The notes beneath the pieces were generated by a model. The model worked only from the letters and a program-made list of their open reading frames with translations, made no database searches and was not told the DNA's origin. The translations under genes and the position numbers were made by a program. This document shows, piece by piece, positions 27,519-37,240 of a stretch of DNA of 64,000 nucleotides (the first letter of the stretch is position 1; every line of letters begins with the position of its first letter). The DNA comes from an uncultured delta proteobacterium (GTDB taxonomy: Bacteria > Myxococcota_A > Polyangia > Polyangiales > Polyangiaceae), in assembly GCA_963806225.1 (NCBI GenBank), contig CAWDXG010000004.1, forward strand, positions 4,032,001-4,096,000, in the 5' to 3' direction.

Positions 27519-28889
27519 ATGCCGCGTGGCCATGTGCTGGTGGTGGACGACGAGCCGTCCATCCTGAACACCCTGAAGAAAGCTCTTTCGCTCGAGGGCT
27601 ACGCGGTGGACGTGGCCGGCGGCGTCGGGATCGCCGAGGAACGGCTGCGCAAGCGCGGCTACGACGTGCTGCTGCTCGATGTTGCGCTGCCCGACGGGGA
27701 CGGCGTCGAGCTGCTCGGGCGACTGCGCGCCGCAGGCAACGACGCGCAGGTCATCATGATGAGCGGCCACGCGACCATCGACGCCGCGGTGCGCGCCACG
27801 AAGCTCGGCGCGCTCGACTTCCTCGAGAAGCCGCTCTCGACCGATCGCCTGCTCGTCGTGCTGGAGAACACCTTCCGGCTGATGCGGGCCGAGGAAGAGG
27901 CGGCCGAGCTGCGCGCCGAGGTGGGCTGGTTCGAGGAGCTGATCGGCGACAGCCGCGCGATGAGCGAGCTGCGCGAACAGATCACGCGCGCGGCGCGCGC
28001 CCAGGCGGGCGTGCTCATCACCGGCGAGCGCGGCACCGGCAAGGAGCTGGTCGCACGCGCCATCCATCGCGCTTCGCCGCGCGCCAAGGGCCCGCTCGAG
28101 AAGCTGAACTGCGCCGCCGTGCCGGCCGAGCTCATCGAGAGCGAGCTCTTCGGCCACGAAGCGGGCGCCTTCACCGGCGCCACCAAGCAGCGCCGTGGCA
28201 AGTTCGAGCGAGCGCACGGCGGCACGCTGTTCCTCGACGAGGTGGGCGACATGCCGCTCACCATGCAGGCCAAGCTGCTGCGCGTGCTGCAGGAGCGGGA
28301 GATCGAACGCGTTGGGGGCAGCGATACGCTCAAGGTCGACGTGCGCGTCGTCGCCGCCACCAACCGCGACCTGGTCGCCGCCTGCGAAAAGGGCGAATTC
28401 CGCCCTGATCTCTACGATCGGCTGAATGTCGTCCCGCTCGAGCTGCCGCCGCTGCGGGCGCGCCGCGAGGATATCCCGCAGCTCGCCCACCATTTCATCG
28501 AGATCGCGGCGCGCGCGAACAACCGCCCGGGCGTGCATCTCGCCGAGGGCGCCATCGAGGCGCTCGGACGCCACTCGTTTCCCGGCAACGTGCGCGAGCT
28601 CCGGAACCTGATCGAGCGACTTGTCATCCTGTGCCCCGACGACGCCATCGCCGCGGCCGACGTGGAGCGCGCGCTCGGCATGAGCGGCTCCCCCAGCGCC
28701 GCGGGCCTATACCGCCCGGGCGTGCCGTACCGCGTGCTGGTCGAGGAAGCCGAACGCACCATTGTGGAAGAAGCGCTCGGCCACCACGGCGGGCAGATGG
28801 CCGCCACCGCCCGCGCGCTCGGCCTGGAGCGCAGCCATCTGTACAAGAAGACCCGTGCGCTCGGCCTGCGCGGCGGCGGGGACGAGTAG
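27519..28889 (+). CDS. Sigma54-dependent response regulator (NtrC family)
   Basis: Receiver VLVVDDE..LLD, GERGTGKE, ESELFGHEAGAFTGA, FLDEVG, FPGNVREL, Fis-type HTH. Confidence 0.96.
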   Translation: MPRGHVLVVDDEPSILNTLKKALSLEGYAVDVAGGVGIAEERLRKRGYDVLLLDVALPDGDGVELLGRLRAAGNDAQVIMMSGHATIDAAVRATKLGALDFLEKPLSTDRLLVVLENTFRLMRAEEEAAELRAEVGWFEELIGDSRAMSELREQITRAARAQAGVLITGERGTGKELVARAIHRASPRAKGPLEKLNCAAVPAELIESELFGHEAGAFTGATKQRRGKFERAHGGTLFLDEVGDMPLTMQAKLLRVLQEREIERVGGSDTLKVDVRVVAATNRDLVAACEKGEFRPDLYDRLNVVPLELPPLRARREDIPQLAHHFIEIAARANNRPGVHLAEGAIEALGRHSFPGNVRELRNLIERLVILCPDDAIAAADVERALGMSGSPSAAGLYRPGVPYRVLVEEAERTIVEEALGHHGGQMAATARALGLERSHLYKKTRALGLRGGGDE

Positions 28890-28898
28890 CCGCGCGCG

Positions 28899-29237
28899 AT
28901 GAGCGACGACGCCTGGGCGCGGGGCCTCGAGCTGTTCAACGCCGGCGCGTACTTTGAAGCACACGAAGCCTGGGAGGACCTGTGGCGCGACGCGGCGCGC
29001 GATTCCAACCAGCGGCTGGCGCTCCAGGGCTTGATCCAGCTTTCCGCCGCGCTGCTCAAGCTACAACAGGGAAACGAGCGCGGCGCGCGGCGTCTGGCGG
29101 CGCGCAGCGTGGAGAAGCTCGAACGCGCCAGACTTTTTCGCGGCCTCGACCTCGCCGCGCTCGCCGCGACGATGCGCACACGCATGCTCGACGCGACGGG
29201 ACCCTTGGTGTTCGAAGACGCGGTGGTGCGGCTCTAG
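28899..29237 (+). CDS. DUF309-domain protein
   Basis: GLELFNAGAYFEAHEAWEDLW..LQGLIQL. Confidence 0.9.
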   Translation: MSDDAWARGLELFNAGAYFEAHEAWEDLWRDAARDSNQRLALQGLIQLSAALLKLQQGNERGARRLAARSVEKLERARLFRGLDLAALAATMRTRMLDATGPLVFEDAVVRL

Positions 29238-29262
29238 CGACGGCTCGGGGCTGGGGCGCGGC

Positions 29263-30102
29263 TCAGAAGGAGAACCGCGCCATGGCGAGGCCTGGCGCCA
29301 CCCCGACCTGCGGCGCGGCTGCCGAATGGTCACGGGAAAGGTAGAACCAGGTGGCGAGGCCCGCACCTACCACAGCCAACCCGAGGGCAATGTCCGCCCC
29401 AATCCAGCGGCCGTTGACATAGCTCGCGTCGGCCTTGGTACAGCCTCCGTCGTGGCACCTGTTCCAGCGCGACAGGCCCGTCGCGCCAAAGTAGCCGAAC
29501 GCCCCCAGCGACACCACGGCGACCCCGCCGAACACGAACGTGCCCGCAGGAACGCCGGCGTGCTGTTGCGGCTCGCCCTGCCCGCTCGCGTTCGACGCCT
29601 GGCTTCCCGCGGGGGATCGAGCAGGGGCGTCGAAGGTCACGACGACCGCGCGGGCCTTCTGCCCCTCGCGGACGACCACGCGCCTGTCGACCGGAGCATG
29701 GCCGGCTGCTTCGAAGTGCAGCGAATGCACGCCGGGATCGACCGATATCGGTTTGCCGTCGAGCTGCTGCGTGAGCACGCGGCCGTCCAGGGTCACGCTG
29801 ACGTCGACGATGTCGTTGCCCGCCCCGTCGCTCGCACCGAGCACGAGGCTCGGCGTGAGCTGGTCGACTTCCGAAAGCCAGCGCGTGCAGTCCTTGCGCA
29901 GCAGCGCGGGGCACGCCTGACGCACGCACACGAGCAACTGCTGGCGCGCTCCGAGAAGCTGGCTGTGTTTGCGGAGATCCTGCGACTTCGTATACGAGGA
30001 CAGACACGCGGCTTTGGTCTGCGCCGCCGCGCGCTCTGCCGGGAGCGCCGCGACGACCAGACACGCGACGAAGAGACTACGAGCGCGGTTCGTCAGAAGC
30101 AT
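29263..30102 (-). CDS. Secreted Cys-rich helical + PEGA-domain protein with hydrophobic C-terminus
   Basis: Signal peptide AAA-Q, C..C..CP..DC helical domain, VTLDG..VDPGVH (PEGA-like), two hydrophobic segments, terminal Phe. Overlaps the kinase stop by 10 nt. Confidence 0.75.
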   Translation of the reverse strand: MLLTNRARSLFVACLVVAALPAERAAAQTKAACLSSYTKSQDLRKHSQLLGARQQLLVCVRQACPALLRKDCTRWLSEVDQLTPSLVLGASDGAGNDIVDVSVTLDGRVLTQQLDGKPISVDPGVHSLHFEAAGHAPVDRRVVVREGQKARAVVVTFDAPARSPAGSQASNASGQGEPQQHAGVPAGTFVFGGVAVVSLGAFGYFGATGLSRWNRCHDGGCTKADASYVNGRWIGADIALGLAVVGAGLATWFYLSRDHSAAAPQVGVAPGLAMARFSF

Positions 30103-31637
30103 TCGGGTCTGGGGATCTTCCTCCCGTCACTGGTGTACGTGAAGGGGTTCGAGCAATTGGGCTTCTTCACCGTGGGTCTGGCTCTGGGCTTCGCGCGCGG
30201 CCGGTAGCGGTGCACCGCCACCGGCTTGGGCGCGGGCTTCGGCTCGGCAGCAGACGCCGACGCCGCCGGAGCTGCGCTCCCAGCCGGCTTTTCCGCCGAG
30301 GCAGCGCCGGACGCCGCCGGGCGCTCGGCCGAGGGCAGCGCCACGGACCCCGGCGCCGGTACGGCGGAGCGCGCCGCCGGCGCCGGCCCGCTACGGCGAG
30401 CGCTCTCTGACACGAGGCCGTAGGTTGCGAGCCCGGCGACCGCGAGGCCCGCCGCGAGCAGCAGCAGCATGCGGCGCGGGCGACGAGCTTTGCCCTCTGT
30501 GGCTAGCCCGCCCGGACTCTCGAGCGACACGCTGCTCGGCTCCACGCCCACGCCTTGGGGCGGCGTCCCCTCCCGCACGGTCGGCATCTGGTCACGTGGC
30601 GGCTTGTCCCGATTGCCGCGCAGCGACTCCAGCCCTTCCGGGTCCTCGGTGAGCGAGGCGCTCTCAATCTCGGCAACGCGCGACGCCCGACTGTCCAGCT
30701 CGTCCGCCGCCACCGCCTGCACCCAGTCGCCCACCTCGCGCGCCGTCGCCGGCGCAACAACTTCCTCGAGCGCAATCGCCATCTCGCGCGTGCTGCTGAA
30801 CCGCGCTTCCGGATCGCTAGCGAGCCCCCGCAGGACGACGGCATCCAGCCCTTCCGGCAGCGAGGGCGCATGCTGGCTCGGTGGCTCGACCTTCTGCTCC
30901 ATCACCAGGCGCATCGTCGCGAGCGCGTTGTCGGCGTGGAACAGGCGCCGACCAGCCAAGAGCTCCCACAGCACCACCGATGCGGCGTAGACGTCCGTGC
31001 GCCGGTCGAGCGTGTCGCCCGCCACCTGCTCGGGCGACAGGTACGCCGCCTTGCCCTTCAACTGTCCGTCCGTCGTCGACTGGAGCCTGCCGGAGGCCTT
31101 GGCGACTCCGAAGTCGGCAATCCGCGCCACACCGTCGACGCCGACAAGCACGTTCTGGGGCGAGACGTCGCGGTGCACCAGGTGCATGGGCTCGCCGCGC
31201 TCGTTCTTGGCCTCGTGTGCCGCGTGCAGACCGTGCAACGTGGCGATCATCACAGCGCTCGCGACGCGCACGGGAATCGCTTCCCGGCGCTTCCTCGCCG
31301 CTCGCGCCAGGCGCGACAGCGATTCGCCGTGCACGTACTCCATCACCAGGAAGAGCTCGGGTGGAAGCAGCACCACGTCGAGCATCGCCACGACGTTGGG
31401 GTGCTGGATACGCGCTGCCAGGCGCGCCTCGTCCACGAACATCGTCACGAAGTCTTCGTTGCTCGCGAGGTGGGGGTGCAGTCGTTTGATCGCGACGGTG
31501 CGCGCGAAACCGACCGGCCCGATCAGCCGCCCCAGATGGACCGATGCCATTCCGCCGGACGCGATCTCGTTGTACAGCGCGTAGCGTCCTATGGTTCGAG
31601 GCATGGCTGCTGCGCCGGGTGGCTGCCCCTCGTGCAT
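30093..31637 (-). CDS. Membrane Ser/Thr protein kinase with Pro/Ala linker and Cys-bracketed C-terminal motif
   Basis: IASGGMASV, VAIK, HRDVSPQN, DFG, YLSPEQ, DVYAAS, a TM helix and tail NCSNPFTYTSDGRKIPRPECF. Start is 31637 or 31604. Confidence 0.93.
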   Translation of the reverse strand: MHEGQPPGAAAMPRTIGRYALYNEIASGGMASVHLGRLIGPVGFARTVAIKRLHPHLASNEDFVTMFVDEARLAARIQHPNVVAMLDVVLLPPELFLVMEYVHGESLSRLARAARKRREAIPVRVASAVMIATLHGLHAAHEAKNERGEPMHLVHRDVSPQNVLVGVDGVARIADFGVAKASGRLQSTTDGQLKGKAAYLSPEQVAGDTLDRRTDVYAASVVLWELLAGRRLFHADNALATMRLVMEQKVEPPSQHAPSLPEGLDAVVLRGLASDPEARFSSTREMAIALEEVVAPATAREVGDWVQAVAADELDSRASRVAEIESASLTEDPEGLESLRGNRDKPPRDQMPTVREGTPPQGVGVEPSSVSLESPGGLATEGKARRPRRMLLLLAAGLAVAGLATYGLVSESARRSGPAPAARSAVPAPGSVALPSAERPAASGAASAEKPAGSAAPAASASAAEPKPAPKPVAVHRYRPRAKPRARPTVKKPNCSNPFTYTSDGRKIPRPECF

Positions 31638-31713
31638 GGGGAAATCACAGCGTAGCTCGTCTCCCGAGAGCGCGAAAGTCGCGCCGCGCGAGGGTTTTCC
31701 GGGCTGGCGCGGC

Positions 31714-33090
31714 TCACGGGGGGGCCACGAACGAGACGCCGCGGAGCTCCGGGGACGCCCCGGGGTCGTCCGACTCGAAATGCGCGCGGTACTGCACGTA
31801 GCGGGTGGACGGCAGGGCATCGAGCGCGACGTGCACCGGCGGCGCGAGCCCGGAATCGTCGAACGACTGCGCCGCGTGGGCGCCCGGTCCGACGAAGGCG
31901 GGCTGGGCCGCACAGCTGGGCGTCGCGCAGCCACGCACCTGGAAGGACAGGCGCAGCCGGCCGCGCGCCGCCAGCGCCGCGATTTCCGCGTCCGACAGCG
32001 CGCGGCGCCAAATCGCCACGTCGTCGAACTCGCCGGATGCCTGGTACTGCGTCTCTGTGTTGTCCGCGAACGCCCCGAGCGAGAGCTCCGACGGCTGGTC
32101 GAACGTGAACGGCGCGGCGAAGTTCGTGGTGCCCTTCGCGTCGAGGACCCCGTCGACGTACGCCTTCAGCGTCGCTGGCGCCTGACCCTGCTTGACCATC
32201 GCGACGTGGTGCCACCTGCCGTCGTCGATCGGCTTCGTCCCGCAGAATCCGGCGCCATCGCCCTTGGTGCTCGCGACGTAGCCGGCGACGCGCCCGGTGC
32301 CGTCCTGGTTCGGGCATTCGCTGAACGCCGCCGCGCAACCCAGCCAGAAGTGCGGGCGCACATCGGGGGCGGCGTCCTGCGTCCCGAGGTAGACGACGTT
32401 CTGCGTGCAGTCCTGCGTTGTCTTGACCCAGAGCGCCCACGTAAAGTCCGTCGTTCCCGGCTCGAGCGGGCCGCCGGGCGGCACGGTCGTATAGGCCCGC
32501 GACGTGATCGAATCCTCGTAGCCGACTCCGAACACCGCCGGGTCGAAGACTGCGCCCTCCCCGGATGGGGCGTCGAACTTCACGTTGATCGCCGCCGGGG
32601 AACTGTCGACGAAGTCGTCGTCCAGGTGGAGCAGCAAGACGTTGTTCTTCATGTCGACGTTGCCGCCGGAATACCCGGTCTCGGCGGCGGCCCCGTCGGG
32701 AAGAGGCTTGTCGTACGGAGCGCCAGGCGTCCATTCCAGCGCCGAAAGCTGGGTCGGCTTGCACAGGTCGAACACGCGCGAGACGTAGTCGCCGCTGCTC
32801 TTGCCCGGGGCCAGGGCGACATGGTCGCCGCTCCAGGTAGTGTCCTGGAACTTCCCGAGCGCAAAGTCCGCCTGCGCCGAGTCCGAAAGGGCCGCGGAGC
32901 ACGCGTCCGGAAGGCTGTGGTCTGCGCCGGAATCGGCGGCCCCAGAACCGGCGGCCCCACTGTCGGAGCCGGCGGGCTTTTCGAAGTTGTCGGTCGGGTA
33001 CAGGATTTGACAGCCGCCCAGCGCACCGGACAGGACTCCTGCGGCCAGCGCCGCAGAAACGCTCAACCGGTGGAACCAAGCTAGAGGCAC
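31714..33090 (-). CDS. LamG/concanavalin-A-like domain lipoprotein
   Basis: Lipobox LGGC, DFTWALWVK, DDGRWHHVAMV, YVDG, GEFDDVAIWRRALS. TAGAAT lies 6 nt before the GTG. Confidence 0.85.
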   Translation of the reverse strand: MPLAWFHRLSVSAALAAGVLSGALGGCQILYPTDNFEKPAGSDSGAAGSGAADSGADHSLPDACSAALSDSAQADFALGKFQDTTWSGDHVALAPGKSSGDYVSRVFDLCKPTQLSALEWTPGAPYDKPLPDGAAAETGYSGGNVDMKNNVLLLHLDDDFVDSSPAAINVKFDAPSGEGAVFDPAVFGVGYEDSITSRAYTTVPPGGPLEPGTTDFTWALWVKTTQDCTQNVVYLGTQDAAPDVRPHFWLGCAAAFSECPNQDGTGRVAGYVASTKGDGAGFCGTKPIDDGRWHHVAMVKQGQAPATLKAYVDGVLDAKGTTNFAAPFTFDQPSELSLGAFADNTETQYQASGEFDDVAIWRRALSDAEIAALAARGRLRLSFQVRGCATPSCAAQPAFVGPGAHAAQSFDDSGLAPPVHVALDALPSTRYVQYRAHFESDDPGASPELRGVSFVAPP

Positions 33091-33138
33091 ATTGCCATTC
33101 TACTCTGGTGTCCCGGGAGGCAGCAAACGCGGCCGACG

Positions 33139-34854
33139 TCAGGCGCCCGGCGCGCTGCGTCGCCCGCGCAACAGCTTGCCGGGCAGCGCACCGGTCGCTT
33201 CGCCGCTCTCGAAGATGACCTGGCCGTTCTTGAGCGTGAAGTCGTAGCCGCGCGCGCGCTGGACGAGGCGGCGACCGTCGGCGGGCAGATCGAAGGCCAT
33301 GTGCGGTGCTTCGAGGCGGAGGGCGGCGTGGTCGACGACGTTGATGTCGGCGAGCAGGCCGGGAGCGAGCTGTCCACGGTCTTCGAGGCCGTAGAGCTTC
33401 GCCGTCTTGGCCGTCTGCGTGTTCACGACGGCTTCGAGGGCGAGCTTGCGCCCGCGCGAGCGATCGCGCGCCCAGTGCGTGAGCAGGTACGTCGGGATGC
33501 TGGCGTCGCAGATGACGCCGCAGTGCGCGCCGCCGTCGCTGAGGCCCAGGCAGGTACGCGGGTGCTCGAGCAGCTCGGCGAGGTGATCCATGTGGCCGTG
33601 CGAGTAGTTGAAGATCGGGAAGTAGACGATGCCCCAGCCGTCCTTCTCCATCAGCCAGTCGTAGACGACGTCGCGCGGCGAGCGGCCCTCGCGCTGGGCG
33701 ATGGCGGCGGCGCTCTGTGAAGGATCCGGCTCGTACTCGGGGTCGTCGCCGAGGCGGTACATCTTGTCGTAGCTCCGCACAATGAAGTCCTCGAACTCGC
33801 CGACCGAGAGCGGATCCTCGCCGACGATCTTCGCGCGCACTTCCGGCTTGCGCAGCTCGACCAGGCGCTCGGCGACCGGCATCCAGTGCAAGCCCATGTA
33901 CGTCGGATGGACCAGGAACGGGTGCGCGGTGCCCGCCCAGCTCATGAGCACGCCTGCGGGGCGGCCGGCGACCTGCGCGTAGAGCGGCTCGTTCGCGGCG
34001 GCGGCTGCTTCCAGCTCCCGCACCACGTCACGCCACAGCTCCGGCGCCGGATCCGACTGCACGAGGTTGAAGCTCACCGGCAGCCCGAGCTCCCGCGCCA
34101 TGCGGCGCATCCATGGGATTTCCTTGGGCATATCGGTGTGGTTGCTGGTCATCTGGAACACGCCGGAGCCGCCGCGGCGCATGCCCTCTGCAATGCCAAA
34201 CAGCTCGTCTTCCGCGGCGAACGTGCCAGGGACGAGCTCGCCGTCGATGCCTTTGTGGATCAGCGTCCGCGACGTGGAAAAGCCGAGCGAGCCGGCGCGG
34301 ATGCCCTCTTCGACGATGGCCGCCATCTTCGCGATGTCGTCCTCGGTCGCCGCTTCGTTCTTCGCGCCGCGCTGGCCCATCACGTACGCACGCAGCGCGC
34401 CGTGCGGGACCTGCGCGCCAATGTCGAGCGCGCGCGGCTTCTTCTCGATCGCGTCCATGTACTCGGGGAAGGACTCCCACTCCCACTGCATTCCCTCGGT
34501 CATGGCTGCGCCGGGGATGTCCTCCACGCCTTCCATCAGCCCGATCAACCAGTCGTGCTCGTCGGGTTTGGCGGGAGCGAAGCCCACGCCGCAGTTGCCC
34601 ATCACCAGCGTGGTCACGCCGTGCCAGCTCGAGGGCGTGACGTACGGGTCCCACGTTACCTGCGCGTCGTAGTGCGTGTGCACGTCGACCCAGCCGGGCA
34701 AGACGAGCTTGCCGCGCGCGTCGATCTCGCGGCGCGCCGGGCCTGCGTTTCCGACGGCCGCAATGCGGTCGCCGTCGACGGCCACGTCGCCCTCGAACGC
34801 CGCGCGGCCGCTGCCGTCGACGATGGTTCCACCCTTGATGACGAGATCGTGCAT
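33139..34854 (-). CDS. N-acyl-D-amino-acid deacylase family amidohydrolase
   Basis: DLVIKGGTIVDGSG, PGWVDVHTHYD, HGVTTLVMGNCG, SDGGAH, DRGQLAPG. Confidence 0.92.
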   Translation of the reverse strand: MHDLVIKGGTIVDGSGRAAFEGDVAVDGDRIAAVGNAGPARREIDARGKLVLPGWVDVHTHYDAQVTWDPYVTPSSWHGVTTLVMGNCGVGFAPAKPDEHDWLIGLMEGVEDIPGAAMTEGMQWEWESFPEYMDAIEKKPRALDIGAQVPHGALRAYVMGQRGAKNEAATEDDIAKMAAIVEEGIRAGSLGFSTSRTLIHKGIDGELVPGTFAAEDELFGIAEGMRRGGSGVFQMTSNHTDMPKEIPWMRRMARELGLPVSFNLVQSDPAPELWRDVVRELEAAAAANEPLYAQVAGRPAGVLMSWAGTAHPFLVHPTYMGLHWMPVAERLVELRKPEVRAKIVGEDPLSVGEFEDFIVRSYDKMYRLGDDPEYEPDPSQSAAAIAQREGRSPRDVVYDWLMEKDGWGIVYFPIFNYSHGHMDHLAELLEHPRTCLGLSDGGAHCGVICDASIPTYLLTHWARDRSRGRKLALEAVVNTQTAKTAKLYGLEDRGQLAPGLLADINVVDHAALRLEAPHMAFDLPADGRRLVQRARGYDFTLKNGQVIFESGEATGALPGKLLRGRRSAPGA

Positions 34855-34878
34855 GTCTTTCTTCCCTGTTGAAAAAGG

Positions 34879-35583
34879 CTAGGCACTGGCGCCGAGCAGC
34901 ATGCGCTGCACGCCGGTGAGAGCTGTCTGCCGCGCGGCGGCGTCGTCCAACGACTCGGGCGCCGGCTCGAAGTGGCGATGGACCGCGAACCACGTGAGCG
35001 TCTCGCTCAGCATGCGCGCAGCAGCCACGGCATCCGGTTGCGATGCGAAGTAACCGCCCTGGACGCGCAGCTCGATCCAGCGCGAAAGCCGACGGTTGAG
35101 CTGGCGGCGCCCCTTGACGAACCACGCTTCGCCGAGCTCCGGCACGTCGCGTGCCGCCGTCGCGATCAGCTTGATGCGCACGCGGCCCGCGTAGAGCGTG
35201 TCGTAGATCTCGGCGAGCACCCGGGCGACCTCGACCCGGACGTCGTCGGGCTCGTCGGTCTTGAGCGCGCGCGCGAGCGCCGGGAAGCGCCCGCGGCCCT
35301 GGATGCGCGCGGCGACCAGCTCCTGCGTGGCGCCGGGAGGCGGCGTCTTCACGGGCAGCTCCGCCGGCTCGGACAGCGCCTCGACGCGATCGGCGTGGCG
35401 CAGCGCCAGATCGAACAGCGCCTCCTTGCTCTCGACGTACAGATACACCGTGCCTTTGGCCACGCCGAGCGCACGCGCCACGTCGTCGATCTGCGTGCGC
35501 GCGAAGCCGCCGGACTCGATGAACACGCGCGTCGCGGTGGTCACGAGCCGGTCGAAGCGATCGGCAGGGCGCCGGCGGGACAT
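34879..35583 (-). CDS. TetR/AcrR-family transcriptional regulator
   Basis: TQIDDVARALGVAKGTVYLYVESKEAL helix-turn-helix. Confidence 0.93.
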   Translation of the reverse strand: MSRRRPADRFDRLVTTATRVFIESGGFARTQIDDVARALGVAKGTVYLYVESKEALFDLALRHADRVEALSEPAELPVKTPPPGATQELVAARIQGRGRFPALARALKTDEPDDVRVEVARVLAEIYDTLYAGRVRIKLIATAARDVPELGEAWFVKGRRQLNRRLSRWIELRVQGGYFASQPDAVAAARMLSETLTWFAVHRHFEPAPESLDDAAARQTALTGVQRMLLGASA

Positions 35584-35591
35584 GGCCGCGG

Positions 35592-35619
35592 ACTATAACT
35601 GACTGGGCAAGTCAGTCAA
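35592..35619 (-). promoter_or_regulatory. Leaderless sigma70 promoter overlapped by a palindromic TetR operator
   Basis: Minus strand TTGACT-N16-TATAGT ends 8 nt before the ATG. Inverted repeat ACTGACT-N5-AGTCAGT at 35598-35616. Confidence 0.7.
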
Positions 35620-35658
35620 GTGTAAATGGGTGACCAGGTGCAGGAGGACAGGGAGCGC

Positions 35659-36207
35659 TCACTTCCAGGTGCAGCCTTGCTCCTCGCACAACTGTTGACC
35701 GGTGAAGGTGTCACAGGCGCGCGGCATCCCGGTGCAGCTGTCGTCGGGATTGCCGAAGGCGTCGTATCCGATCTGCAGGTCGCAGCCAATGATGTCCGGA
35801 CAGGGTGGGTACAGCGGGCAGGTGTCCGGAATTCCCTGACAGGACTTCCCGTGGGAGCTGGCGGCCGACGGACCGCCCGTCGACTGTCGCTGGCACTGGA
35901 AGCAGCCGTCGCTGGCGCACATCTGGAACTGTTCCCTGTTCCCTGACCAGGTGAGCGTGCCGTCACTGGTTTCGGCCTGCCCGCCCGGGTCGATGCGGAT
36001 CTGGCCGAGGTAGCAGGCACCGTTCTGGCGCTGCATCGAGCCCGTCACACTGTCGCTGTCGTACGTGCAGACGTAGGTGCCCGAGCACGCGCCCACCAGA
36101 CTCTGCTTGCTGGACGCGCTGCCGCCGGCGCCGCCGCATGCCGGCAGAGCGAGGCACAACAGGGGAATGGAGGCGAGGCCAAATGGGACGAGCTTCGTGA
36201 TGTTCAT
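35659..36207 (-). CDS. Cys-rich hypothetical lipoprotein
   Basis: Lipobox LPAC and many paired Cys, ending CEEQGCTWK. Confidence 0.7.
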   Translation of the reverse strand: MNITKLVPFGLASIPLLCLALPACGGAGGSASSKQSLVGACSGTYVCTYDSDSVTGSMQRQNGACYLGQIRIDPGGQAETSDGTLTWSGNREQFQMCASDGCFQCQRQSTGGPSAASSHGKSCQGIPDTCPLYPPCPDIIGCDLQIGYDAFGNPDDSCTGMPRACDTFTGQQLCEEQGCTWK

Positions 36208-36449
36208 GCCCGGTACTCGGACGCTGCGCAGTTCGGTTGCGTTCTTTCTTTCGACGCCCCATTTTCGCATCGCGTCACGACGCGGGCCCGCGCCGGACCT
36301 TGCGCGCGCGGATCCACAGCCCCATCTTGATCGCGCTCAAGTAGCCATTCGTGCGCCCCGGCTCCGGGCCAGGTTGGCGCGAAGAGGGGACGCAGGAGTG
36401 TCGTGCAATGCAACCGGATGGCGCATTGCCGAATCGAAGGAGGGGAACC

Positions 36450-36887
36450 ATGGCAAAGAGCACAAGGGAAGACGCCCTGCGCGAGATCAAGGACACATTT
36501 GGCCTTGTTCCCGAGTGGCTGCGTCAGGTTCCGGCCACGGCGCTGCCGGGGCTCTGGGGCCAGATGAGCGAGTTCTACCTCGCCGAGACGAAGGTCCCGA
36601 ACAAGTACAAGGAACTGATCGGGATCGCGGTCTCCGGCGCGACGCGCTGCCGCTACTGCGCCGTGTTCCACACGGAGCTGGCGCGGGTGCACGGCGCAAC
36701 GGACGACGAGATCGCCGAGGCGAGCATGATGGGGGCAATGTCGATGAACGCGAGCACGTTCGTGAACGCGCAGCAGATCGACTACGAGCAGTTCCGTAGG
36801 GAGACGCTCCAGGCCGTCGAGTACGTGAAGAGCAAGATGGCCAAGAGCGGAAAGCAGGCCTCGCGTGAGCAGAGACCCCACGCCTGA
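36450..36887 (+). CDS. Carboxymuconolactone decarboxylase / AhpD-family protein
   Basis: KYKELIGIAVS..CRYCAVFH..GATDDEI. SD AGGAGG. Confidence 0.92.
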   Translation: MAKSTREDALREIKDTFGLVPEWLRQVPATALPGLWGQMSEFYLAETKVPNKYKELIGIAVSGATRCRYCAVFHTELARVHGATDDEIAEASMMGAMSMNASTFVNAQQIDYEQFRRETLQAVEYVKSKMAKSGKQASREQRPHA

Positions 36888-37170
36888 CCCGATGCTGCTC
36901 GGTCGCTTCGCGGCGGATGATCTACTCCGCCGCGAAGGCGACGCCTATCGCACCACGCGCCGCTGGCAGGCCGCTATGGCCCGCGCAGCGGTGCAGCTCT
37001 ACGAGCGGGGCGGCGAAGAGCGGGCGAAGGAGGATCTGCGCGTCCCCATCGCACTCGCGCTCGTCGAGATCTATGGCGCCGACACGCCCGACGAGACGCT
37101 CGCCACCTGGATCGAGACATTGCTGCCGATCGAGGAGGCGGAGGTCATGCCGCGAGCGGCAGCGCGCTGA
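36865..37170 (+). CDS. Hypothetical protein
   Basis: About 100-aa ORF with biased codons, overlapping the end of the AhpD gene. Start may be ATG 36892. Confidence 0.6.
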   Translation: MSRDPTPDPMLLGRFAADDLLRREGDAYRTTRRWQAAMARAAVQLYERGGEERAKEDLRVPIALALVEIYGADTPDETLATWIETLLPIEEAEVMPRAAAR

Positions 37171-37240
37171 GCGGCGGCGCGGGCAGTGGCGGCAAACGGT
37201 ACGATCATGAAGCTCACTCCGAAGTAGCGCCGAGGCGCCG

